NCBI GenBank assembly: GCA_035429585.1 | Contig: DAOMFB010000001.1 | Location: 1 to 31,923 of the forward strand | DNA length: 31,923 nucleotides | Source of the DNA: Thermoanaerobaculia bacterium | GTDB taxonomy: Bacteria > Acidobacteriota > Thermoanaerobaculia > UBA5066 | Direction: 5' to 3' | Shown: positions 17,501 through 24,396 of the stretch, one piece after another | Layout of the letters: each line of letters opens with the position of its first letter | Position numbering within the stretch: position 1 is the stretch's first letter | Program-made: the position numbers and the translations under genes | Notes under the pieces: generated by a model | What the model was told of the DNA's origin: nothing | The model's input: the letters and a program-made list of their open reading frames with translations, nothing else | Databases searched by the model: none

Positions 17501-17842
17501 CCGGCCGAGGTCGAACATGAGGGCGATCGCGACCCAGAGGTAGCCGAGGAAGGCCGTCAGGATCGCCGGGCGGAGGAGGGGCTTGAACTTCTTCTTCCCG
17601 AAGATGTCGACGAGGGCCGCCGTCGTGAAGCCGCCGGCCGCCAGCGCGACGCCGCAGGCGACGTCGAAGGAGATCCAGATTCCCCACGTGTTGATGTCGT
17701 CGAGGTTCGTGACGAACCGGAGCCCCAGGAGGAGCCGGGTGATGCCGAACGCGTAGCCGACCGCCATGAAGACGAGGATCGCGATCGTGCCGGCCGTGAA
17801 GAACGGTTTCGACAGGCGCCGGGGACGCTCGTGCGGGCTCAC
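14561..17842 (-). CDS. Fusion protein (1093 aa): NrfD/HybB-type membrane domain, class III cytochrome c-like 5-heme domain, and OTR-fold multiheme domain with a degenerate catalytic site
   Basis: The N-terminal ~390 aa carry WGIWISFDVACGVALAAGGF, FDLGRWW, SVLFEVGMC and HQSSLG (HybB/HmcC type). Then PVPFSHRIH...CAACHH...LKGAYHRQCIGCH...CAGCH (class III-like). Then HWNW, HIGYG, IDCLVCHD.TGTY.K, CGSCHF, HGDL, IFPFKLH, YSGEYGF and RLDF.ALGY.GDP (OTR family). 13 CxxCH in total. Confidence 0.9.
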   Translation of the reverse strand: MSPHERPRRLSKPFFTAGTIAILVFMAVGYAFGITRLLLGLRFVTNLDDINTWGIWISFDVACGVALAAGGFTTAALVDIFGKKKFKPLLRPAILTAFLGYLWVAIALMFDLGRWWNIWRPLFNWQGNSVLFEVGMCVMAYLMVLAIETSPAVLEGLRARAEGDEWGAAFLRKVKKPILTIHSWIKIILPVFIVAGVVLSCMHQSSLGTLMMIAHTKLNPIWDTPILPLLFLMSAMAVGYPMVILESIYSSTSFGRKPEMDLLAPLARFIPYLLGAYAVVKFGDLAIRHKQLDFVSHPGATVALAVELLLGVVAPLVLLMNDGVRRSPGWLFFSACLVIFGVILNRFNVFLVAYEPPFSQKAYFPSVGEISMTIAIVCSILFCYRFMVTFFPILPGTAAAEETGMAAGEDEGTEPVSPFWTWVVRGLAAASVFGFVLLYVVVHKEAIQATELTVKEVQRVTAPLPPVKAAGGPAYPHRPSGYKNFYLLEAAALKAKGDDYEPVPFSHRIHDELVNGDCAACHHRYASSPTDRVGSDLKELHAGMDVKLGGPCSACHDSLADRPPQSCMHCHGLPKEEDAPSRIGLKGAYHRQCIGCHERQPKPTTAPTECAGCHHPWTPDHAALVAFKETPGPQDVTRECLRCHTKVGQDILATAHWNWKGRSPTIVGQEHRADVALASVINGYYITFSPSTPQSAAMHIGYGKMDGSFDYKDPANIDCLVCHDATGTYKKDASRSGLPDPSFDLAAAAKKVGRPGLRECGSCHFGIGGAPNASHGDLEPALVADAAGLDMHMGTLKMRCQDCHTTTAHRIAGMSFSAPAVEGRVRCEKCHGATPHGVAGALSRHLDDHVRAVACETCHIPSFAHTAPTLVRRDFSVAGQDRPEKTDAYGRPVYDKKLGSLTWAKDVEPVYLWFDGTRSATLVGDKIDPSKPVVLNAPVGEKRTPDARIFPFKLHTATLPYDKKNKVLAVPELQDGYWTHFDLPKAITDGMKKAGVAYSGEYGFVETKMYSGIHHEVVPAKKALGCADCHQAEAITCTRCHQKAQQMDLPEHRRKVYPGVKERLDFKALGYPGDPAVVGGRFYLSIGRGKPPA

Positions 17843-18813
17843 GCGGCACCCCCCTCATGGCCGGAGGCGGGAGGCTTCGGTCCGCCGGACGCCGGCGGCT
17901 CGCCGCCCGCCGCCGCCTTCCGGTTGTTCATCCACATCAGGCCGGCGAGCGCGCCGTAGAGGGCGATCGGAATCGCTCCGAACTTGAAGATCCCGTGCTG
18001 GATCGCCTCGGTCCGGAGGGCCGGCGCCGTGCTCGTCAGCTTCAGGAGGGCGATCTCCTCGGGGGGCCGGCCGGTCAAGTAGATCCAGGAGGTCCCGCCC
18101 ACCTCGTTCTCCCCGTACACGTGCGGCACGTAGCGGTCGGGGCGCTTCGCGATCCGGTCCTTCGCCATCGCGACGAGCTCGGCCCGCGGCCCGAAGACGA
18201 GCGCCTCCGTCGGACAGGAAGCGGCGCAGGCCGGATTCGCCCCGGTCCCCTTCGCGCGGTCGGTGCAGAACTCGCACTTCCGCACCTTCGGGGTCAGCGC
18301 GACGTCGAACTCGTACGCGGGGACCTCGAACGGGCAGGCGATCTGGCAGTAACGGCACCCGACGCAGATCGTCGGGTTGTAGACGACCGCCCCGTCCTTC
18401 GACTTCGTCAGCGCGCCGACGATGCAGGCCGAGACGCACGACGGGATCAGGCAGTGCATGCACTGCGTCTTGCAGTAGGTCTCGGCGCGCCCGGCCTGGT
18501 CGGGCGACGGGCTCCCCGGGAAGCGGTTCACGACGGTGAACGCGTTCGCCGTCGGGCGCCGGAACGTCCGGAGCCCGTCCCGGTTCTCGAAGGACTCCGC
18601 GGTCCGGGGGAGGTGGTTCCGCCGGTTGCAGGCCTCCTCGCACTTGCGGCACCCGATGCAGAGGGTCGTGTCGACGAGGACGGCCGCGTAGTTCGGGGCC
18701 GGTGCGGCCTTCCCCTTCTCGCCCTCCTCCGCCGGGGCGGCGAGCGCCGCCGTGGCGGCCACGGTCGAGGTCGTCAGCCCGAGGTTCAGAAGGGCCCGTC
18801 GGCTCAGTGTCAT
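17839..18813 (-). CDS. hybA: HybA/HmcB-like periplasmic 4x[4Fe-4S] ferredoxin subunit, Tat-exported, with a C-terminal TM anchor
   Basis: MTLSRRALL twin-arginine signal; CIGCRKCEEAC, CMHCLIPSCVSAC, CVGCRYCQIACP and CEFC...CAASCP; YVPHVYGENEVGGTSWIY; hydrophobic C-terminal helix. Stop overlaps the start of the next gene (GTGA). The symbol indicates family, not proven orthology. Confidence 0.88.
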   Translation of the reverse strand: MTLSRRALLNLGLTTSTVAATAALAAPAEEGEKGKAAPAPNYAAVLVDTTLCIGCRKCEEACNRRNHLPRTAESFENRDGLRTFRRPTANAFTVVNRFPGSPSPDQAGRAETYCKTQCMHCLIPSCVSACIVGALTKSKDGAVVYNPTICVGCRYCQIACPFEVPAYEFDVALTPKVRKCEFCTDRAKGTGANPACAASCPTEALVFGPRAELVAMAKDRIAKRPDRYVPHVYGENEVGGTSWIYLTGRPPEEIALLKLTSTAPALRTEAIQHGIFKFGAIPIALYGALAGLMWMNNRKAAAGGEPPASGGPKPPASGHEGGAA

Positions 18814-18909
18814 CGATGTCTCCCTTTCGGCTCGTCGCGAGCCACTTCCCGTCTGCCCGGCCGGGCGCCGTGGACCCTCATCGGGCCCCCGCCCGCCGGC
18901 GGCGACGAG

Positions 18910-21384
18910 CTATTCGTGCCCGTCGCCTCCCTCCTTCTCGGGGGGGACTTCCCCGTCCTGCACGAGCTTGCGGTACCAGCGCCCGTGCCGGTGCCGGACG
19001 TGGTCGAGGCCCATCTTCCCCGTCAGCCACGTCCAGCTCATCGGGTATTCCTCCGGGTGGAAGATGACGAAGAAGAAATGCCAGACGATGATCGCGAGCG
19101 TCGCGAGGACCGCCTCGTAGAGGTGGATCGTCTGGGCGGCGGTGATGGCCCATCCCGGCATGTAGGAGGCGAGCTGCGCCGGGAACCAGAGGATGAATCC
19201 CGTCACGATCATCAGGACGGTGCCCCAGATCAGGGCCCAGTACTCGGCCTTCTGAGAGTAGTCGTAGCGGCCGTACTCCGGGGCTTTCCCGCCCATGTTC
19301 AGGTGGTAGCGGAGAGTTGTCGTCAGGTCTCCGATGTCTTCCTTGGCGGGGAGGAGCGCCATGAACTCCTCGCGGCCCCGTCGCGACACGATCAGGTAGA
19401 CGACGTGGTAGACGCCGCAGACGATCAGGAGGACCGCCATGGCGCGGTGGAGGACCCGCCGGACCACCTCGTTCAGGCCGATCGCCGAGAGCCCCTGCGC
19501 CCACCAGGAGTCGGGGAACTTCAGCGCGAACCCCGTGACGGCCAGGAGGATGAAGGAGACCGAGAGGGCCATGTGCTGGACGAGTTCCTGCCGGTTGAAC
19601 CGGACGACGCCCGGCCCCGCCTCCTGGTGCCGGCGGGACTCGAGCATGTGGAAGTTCAGGATGATGAGGTTGTGCAGGACCATGCCGCCGATGACGAGGG
19701 CGATCAGGATCCAGTAGATCCGCGTGATCCAGTAGTTGAGGCCTCCCACCGTCGGCTGCAGCGCCGCGTGGGTGTACGAGGCGGCGAAGATCGTCGAGGC
19801 CTTGGGGTGGCACTTCTGGCAGGTCGCGACGACGTTGTCCTTGTTGACCGACGACTTCGGGTCGCGAACCGTCCGGACGGCGTGGGCTTCGTGGCAGTCG
19901 GCGCAGGTGGGCGCCTTGGCGCTGCGCCGCTCGGTCGCGAGGCCGTGGTAGCTGTCCGTGTACGTCGAGACGACGTTCGGGTTCAGGCCGTACTTCTGGA
20001 TGATCGTCGGGTTGTCGTGGCAGCGCCCGCACGTCTCGTGCGCGAGCCGGAAGTGGCTGACGCGGCTGTTCGGGTCCTTCGGCGTCGTCATGCTGTGCTC
20101 GCCGTGGCACCCGGTGCAGGTCGGGCTGTCCTCGATGCCGAAGGTGAGGGCGCGGTAGTGGATCGAGGTCCGATACGCGTCCGCCTCACCCGAGTGGCAC
20201 TGGCCGCAGGTCTTGTCGATGTTGATGTGGGCGATCGTGGAGGTCGCGTCGCTCCGGGGCCGGATCGCGTGGCCGCCGTGGCAGTCGACGCAGATGGGGA
20301 CGTTCTCGTTCCCCTGCGCCAGGAGCTTGCCGTGGGTGCTCTGCGCGTAGCTCTCGAAGGAGCGCGGCAGCCGGACGTCGGGGTCGAGGCTGATCCCGAT
20401 CTTGCTGTGGCACTTCGCGCACGTCTCGACCTGCTTGCCCCGCGAGACGGGCGAGAGCGGGTCGGAGACCTTGCGGATGTTGTGCGCCCCGTGGCAGCTC
20501 TCGCAGCGGGGGGCGCGCGGGGAGCCGGCCGCGAGCGCGTAGGCGTGGAGGCTCCGGTTGTATCGGGCGACGGAGTCCGGGTGGCAGGTGCCGCAGGTCT
20601 TCTCCGCGGGCGATTCGTTCTGGACCGTCAGGCTCGAGTCGGACGGCGCCCGGCTCCGGTGCTCGCCGTGGCACTGGAAGCAGTGCGAGTTGGCGCGCCC
20701 TTCGTTGATCGTCCCGTGGACCGAGGCCTTGAACTCGGCCTCGACCTTCGGGTGGCACTTGAGGCAGGCGCGCTCGAGCGCCGCGGAGCTCTTCGTCTCG
20801 CTGACGACCGTGTGGCCGCCGTGGCAGGCGATGCACGAGGGGCCGCCCGGGCCGCTCGCGACGGGGTGCCGCCCGTGGAGGCCGACGTCGTAGTTCGCGT
20901 AGCTGGCGGTCCGGCCGGCGAGGGGGGCGTGGAGCCGGTCGTGGCACTCGGCGCAGGTCCTGTTGATCTTCCCCGAGGAGACCGGCGAGGCGACGTCCTT
21001 GGCCTCCCGGATGTCGTGCGTGCCGTGGCAGCCCGCGCAGGTGAGCTGACCCTTGTGCGCCCCGGCGCCGACCTCGGCCGCGGGCTTGTCGTGGCAGGCG
21101 GCGCAGTTCACCGGCTTGAGCTTCTCGGCGTGCGGGAAGTCGGTGACCTTCTTCAGGTCGGCGTGGCAGTCGACGCAGGCGAGGGAGCCGTGCATCGACT
21201 TGGCGAAGACCGCCGGGTCGACCGCGAGGGACTGCGTCCCGCCGCCCGGGAGCGGACGCGTCAGCGTCGCGTCGGAATGGCAGTCGAGACAGGTGCCGTT
21301 CGGGTCGTCCGCCGCGGCCAGCGGCGCGAGGGCCCGGAGGGCCGGGAGGGCCGCCCCCAGCAGAATGAGAAGGACGCGCTTCAT
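18910..21384 (-). CDS. Second CbcL-like cytochrome: 17 c-type hemes plus a C-terminal cytochrome b domain (824 aa)
   Basis: ATG 21384 with GGAGG RBS and signal peptide MKRVLLILLGAALPAL...; 17 CxxCH counted; TM domain with VQH, VLHR, VYH, TIHL, VWHF and YSQKAEYWALIWG. Confidence 0.9.
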   Translation of the reverse strand: MKRVLLILLGAALPALRALAPLAAADDPNGTCLDCHSDATLTRPLPGGGTQSLAVDPAVFAKSMHGSLACVDCHADLKKVTDFPHAEKLKPVNCAACHDKPAAEVGAGAHKGQLTCAGCHGTHDIREAKDVASPVSSGKINRTCAECHDRLHAPLAGRTASYANYDVGLHGRHPVASGPGGPSCIACHGGHTVVSETKSSAALERACLKCHPKVEAEFKASVHGTINEGRANSHCFQCHGEHRSRAPSDSSLTVQNESPAEKTCGTCHPDSVARYNRSLHAYALAAGSPRAPRCESCHGAHNIRKVSDPLSPVSRGKQVETCAKCHSKIGISLDPDVRLPRSFESYAQSTHGKLLAQGNENVPICVDCHGGHAIRPRSDATSTIAHINIDKTCGQCHSGEADAYRTSIHYRALTFGIEDSPTCTGCHGEHSMTTPKDPNSRVSHFRLAHETCGRCHDNPTIIQKYGLNPNVVSTYTDSYHGLATERRSAKAPTCADCHEAHAVRTVRDPKSSVNKDNVVATCQKCHPKASTIFAASYTHAALQPTVGGLNYWITRIYWILIALVIGGMVLHNLIILNFHMLESRRHQEAGPGVVRFNRQELVQHMALSVSFILLAVTGFALKFPDSWWAQGLSAIGLNEVVRRVLHRAMAVLLIVCGVYHVVYLIVSRRGREEFMALLPAKEDIGDLTTTLRYHLNMGGKAPEYGRYDYSQKAEYWALIWGTVLMIVTGFILWFPAQLASYMPGWAITAAQTIHLYEAVLATLAIIVWHFFFVIFHPEEYPMSWTWLTGKMGLDHVRHRHGRWYRKLVQDGEVPPEKEGGDGHE

Positions 21385-21570
21385 CGGTTCCTCCCGCGCC
21401 GGCGCCCGTCGGGCGCTGCGGCGGCCGGGCCTTCGCGACCCGGGGCCGGCGTCTCGGAGGGAGCGCCCGGAGCGGACGGCCTCCGCCGTCCCTTTGCGAC
21501 CCGCGTACTCTCCGACCCTCTCAGACGCCTCACCCATCCCGGAATCGACTCTAGCGGCGGGGCTTCCCCG

Positions 21571-21600
21571 GGCGCCATGAGCCAAACGACTCACGGCGCC
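21571..21600 (-). terminator. Hairpin just downstream of the MFS gene; probable terminator
   Basis: On the - strand GGCGCCGTGAGTC-GTTT-GGCTCATGGCGCC gives a 13-bp stem with two G-U pairs, 17 nt after the stop. No U-tract. Confidence 0.45.
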
Positions 21601-21617
21601 CCGCGGCGGGCGCGGGA

Positions 21618-22796
21618 CTACGCGCGGGAGGCCGCGGGCTCGACGGCGGGCTCCCCCGCCAGGAGCCGCCGCTCGGCGACGAGGAACGCGGCCGGAGCGA
21701 GGAGGGCGAGCGCTCCCCCGACGTGGAAGGCCGCCCCGAATCCGGACCGCTCCGCGAGGGCCCCGAGGAGCATGGAGCCCGTCCCGATCCCCGTGTCGAA
21801 CGCGGCGATGGCCGATCCGAACGCCGCCCCGCGCCGCTCGGGCCGCACGAAGCGGAAGACGTGCGCCACGAAGAAGGTGTACGCGTTCCCGAACCCCAGC
21901 CCGTAGAGGGCCGCCGACACGACGAGGGCCGGGCGGGTCGTGGCCGAGCCGAGGAGGAAGAGCGCCACCCCGCCGACGACGAACGCCGGCAGGAGGAGCT
22001 TTCGCGACCCGACGCGGTCGGCGAGGCGGCCCGAGAAGAGGCGGGTGACGAGGACGACGAGGGCGAAGGTCGAAAACCAGAGGCCGCGCGGCGCGACGCC
22101 GTTCTGCTCGGTCCAGAGGGCGGCGAAGCTCACCGCGGCCCCGTAGCCGAACGAGGTCAGGAAGAGGCTGGACGCCATCCCGAGGACGCGCCACTCCACG
22201 AGGTCCCGGAGGCGCCGCGGGCGCTCCGACGGGGCCACGTGCGTCTCGGGGAGAGAGGAGGCGATCCCCGCCATGACGAGGTTCAAGAGGACCGCGAGGC
22301 CGCAGACCCAGGCCCACCCTCTCCGGTAGAGGGCCAGCCCGAGGCCCGGGGCGAAGGCGACCGCCAGCATCGTCGCCATCCCCCAGTAGCCGAACCCCTC
22401 CGCGCGGCGCGAGGCCGGGATCTGCGCCGTCATGTAGGCGGACGAGGCGGACAGGAGGCCCGACCAGAAGATCCCGTAGACGAAGACGAGGACGACGAGC
22501 GCGGGCCAGGAGGGGGCGACGGCGTAGAGACCCGAGAAGAGCGCGCCGACGAGGCTCGCCGTCACGAGCATCTTCCGCCGGCCGATCCGGTCCCCGAGCG
22601 CCCCGGTGAAGGGCGCCGAAAGGGCCGAGGCCCACGTCTGGAGCCCGAGGAAGAGCCCGGCGGCGAACTTGTCGCCGCCCAGGTCGAGGATCCGGTAGGG
22701 GGCCGTCGGAAAGACCTGGAAGGCCGAGAGAAAGACCGTGAACGTGAACCCGCACATGAGGAAGTAGCGCGGGGTGAAGAGCCTTTCTCTCGGCAC
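21618..22796 (-). CDS. MFS transporter (392 aa)
   Basis: About 12 hydrophobic segments; MFS motif A in both halves (GALGDRIGRRKML, GRLADRVGSRKL). Confidence 0.9.
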   Translation of the reverse strand: MPRERLFTPRYFLMCGFTFTVFLSAFQVFPTAPYRILDLGGDKFAAGLFLGLQTWASALSAPFTGALGDRIGRRKMLVTASLVGALFSGLYAVAPSWPALVVLVFVYGIFWSGLLSASSAYMTAQIPASRRAEGFGYWGMATMLAVAFAPGLGLALYRRGWAWVCGLAVLLNLVMAGIASSLPETHVAPSERPRRLRDLVEWRVLGMASSLFLTSFGYGAAVSFAALWTEQNGVAPRGLWFSTFALVVLVTRLFSGRLADRVGSRKLLLPAFVVGGVALFLLGSATTRPALVVSAALYGLGFGNAYTFFVAHVFRFVRPERRGAAFGSAIAAFDTGIGTGSMLLGALAERSGFGAAFHVGGALALLAPAAFLVAERRLLAGEPAVEPAASRA

Positions 22797-22827
22797 CTCC
22801 CGAGTCTAAGGGGAGATCACCCGGGGA

Positions 22828-23688
22828 CTACTTCTTCGCCTTCCACTCCGCGATCGCCTTCTCCAGCGCCTCGGTGCTCGGCTTGTCGGGCGAGGCCTTC
22901 GCGATCGCGACCGCCTCCTCGCCGGCCTTGATCGCCTCGGCGGTCCGGCCCTCCGCGGCGAGCATCCGGGCCAGCTGCCCCGTGTTCGAATACCCCTTCT
23001 TCGCGGCGATCGACTTCTGGACGTCCTTCATCGCCTCGCCCGGGTCGCCCAGCTTCTCGTTCCAGAGGTAGCGCCCCACCGCGAGCGGCGTCTCCCAGTC
23101 GTCGGCCTTCGCGCCGGCGACGGCCGCGCGTCCCTTCGCCAGGACGAGCGCCTTCGTATCGACCTTGATCTTCACCGGGACGCGGAGCTTCTCCCAGATG
23201 AAGGAGAGATCCGCCCCGTCGTTCGTGACGTTCCGGAAGACGATCGTGAAGCTCTCGACGGCCTCCGGCAACGTCTCCGGCTTGACGGTGACGCGGAGCG
23301 CGTCCTTCTTCTCGTCGTAGTCGGTCTTGAACCAGAGGTCGAGGTCCCTGTTGAAGGCGACCGTCCACGACTCCTTCCCGGGGATGGTGACGATGCTGTA
23401 GGTCCCCGCGGGGAGCTTCTTCCCCTCCACCTCGAACTCGTCGGAGGAGGCGATGGTCGTGGCCCGGTTGGCGCCCGTCCGCCACGGCTTGTCGTACGGC
23501 ACGAGGCCGCCCCAGATCACGCGCCCCTTCACGCCGGGGCGGCTGTACGAGACGCTGAAATCGGTCGCGCCGATCCGCTGCGTCACGGTGGCCTTCGGGC
23601 TCGGCATCGGGGCCTCGAACTGGGCCGCGAGGGGCGCCGCCGCGGCGAGGGCTGCGGCCACGAGGGCGAGGAACATCGGCTTCTTCAT
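22828..23688 (-). CDS. DUF2911 domain protein with signal peptide and C-terminal TPR-like helices (286 aa)
   Basis: SPKATVTQRIG, YSRPGVKGRVIWGGLVPYDKPWRTGAN and LPAGTYSIVTIP. ATG 23688 with AGGAG RBS. Confidence 0.85.
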   Translation of the reverse strand: MKKPMFLALVAAALAAAAPLAAQFEAPMPSPKATVTQRIGATDFSVSYSRPGVKGRVIWGGLVPYDKPWRTGANRATTIASSDEFEVEGKKLPAGTYSIVTIPGKESWTVAFNRDLDLWFKTDYDEKKDALRVTVKPETLPEAVESFTIVFRNVTNDGADLSFIWEKLRVPVKIKVDTKALVLAKGRAAVAGAKADDWETPLAVGRYLWNEKLGDPGEAMKDVQKSIAAKKGYSNTGQLARMLAAEGRTAEAIKAGEEAVAIAKASPDKPSTEALEKAIAEWKAKK

Positions 23689-23774
23689 GGAAACGCTCCT
23701 TTCGTCGACTGTCACAATCGAGAGGCTATCTCAAAATCGCCGACACGGGTTCCGGCCGCTGGTGTACGATCTGA

Positions 23775-23802
23775 TAACGGAACTGACCAGTCCGTTCCGT
23801 TA
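23775..23802. promoter_or_regulatory. Probable TetR-family operator (TAACGGAAC-N10-GTTCCGTTA)
   Basis: Perfect 9-bp inverted repeat between a TACGAT -10-like hexamer (23765-23770) and the tetR ATG (23809). It has an inner ACTG-AC-CAGT palindrome. Confidence 0.7.
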
Positions 23803-23808
23803 CCGACG

Positions 23809-24396
23809 ATGCCGAGGACCCGAAGCGCCCTGAAGAGAAGCGGCATACTCAAGGCGGCCTCCGGCGTCTTCGCCCGGAAGCCGTTCCACGAGGTGCGGAC
23901 CGACGAGATCGCCGCCGAGGCCGGCGTCGGGAAGGGGACGCTCTACCGGTACTTCCCGACCAAGGACGACCTCTTCTACGCGACGCTCGTCGACGGCTTC
24001 GACGAGATGGACCTCGTCCTCGACGGCCTCCGTGACGCGGACGGCGCGCCCGCCGAGGCCCTCGCCGCGTGCGCACAGGAGGCCGTCCGGATCTTCTGGG
24101 CGCGCCCCTCCTTCGCGATGGTCCTCCACCGGGACGAGCGCCGGTTCCGGAGCCGCGAGCGGGAGCTGCACCGGCGGCGCGAGACCCTCCTCCGGTTCGT
24201 CCGGGAGACGATCTCCCGGGGCGCCGCCCGCGGCGACTTCCGCGCGGTCGACCCCCGCGTGGCGGCCGACCTGTTCCTCGGAATGATCCGCGCCGTGATC
24301 CTCTACCACGGCGCGTCCGACACGCCCGGGGCCCTCGTGAAGACCGTGACGGAGACCTTCCTGGGCGGCATCGGGCGGCAGAGGGAGGCTTCATGA
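23809..24396 (+). CDS. TetR/AcrR family transcriptional regulator
   Basis: N-terminal HTH ILKAASGVFARKPFHEVRTDEIAAEAGVGKGTLYRYFPTKDDLF; first gene of the efflux operon. Confidence 0.95.
   Translation: MPRTRSALKRSGILKAASGVFARKPFHEVRTDEIAAEAGVGKGTLYRYFPTKDDLFYATLVDGFDEMDLVLDGLRDADGAPAEALAACAQEAVRIFWARPSFAMVLHRDERRFRSRERELHRRRETLLRFVRETISRGAARGDFRAVDPRVAADLFLGMIRAVILYHGASDTPGALVKTVTETFLGGIGRQREAS

Noticed and set aside
11696-21384. Repeated TGC-N6-TGCCAC DNA motifs as a CRISPR array or tandem repeat
   Set aside because: They are simply the codons of CxxCH motifs inside coding sequence, with irregular spacing.
11696-21384. Porin-cytochrome (MtrCAB/Ext-type) outer-membrane conduit
   Set aside because: No beta-barrel porin or lipoprotein cytochrome gene is in the window. 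All three multiheme proteins are anchored in the inner membrane.
21420-21510. Canonical c-di-GMP-I / c-AMP-GMP (GEMM-I) riboswitch
   Set aside because: Only partial motifs (GGGTCGCAAAG, GAGAC.GCCGG) are present, and the AAACC-stem-GNRA arm is missing. Kept only as an unassigned structured leader.
21385-22755. N-terminal extension making the 17-heme gene 1281 aa
   Set aside because: The extension is a shadow frame of the MFS gene. A strong RBS and signal peptide place the start at 21384.
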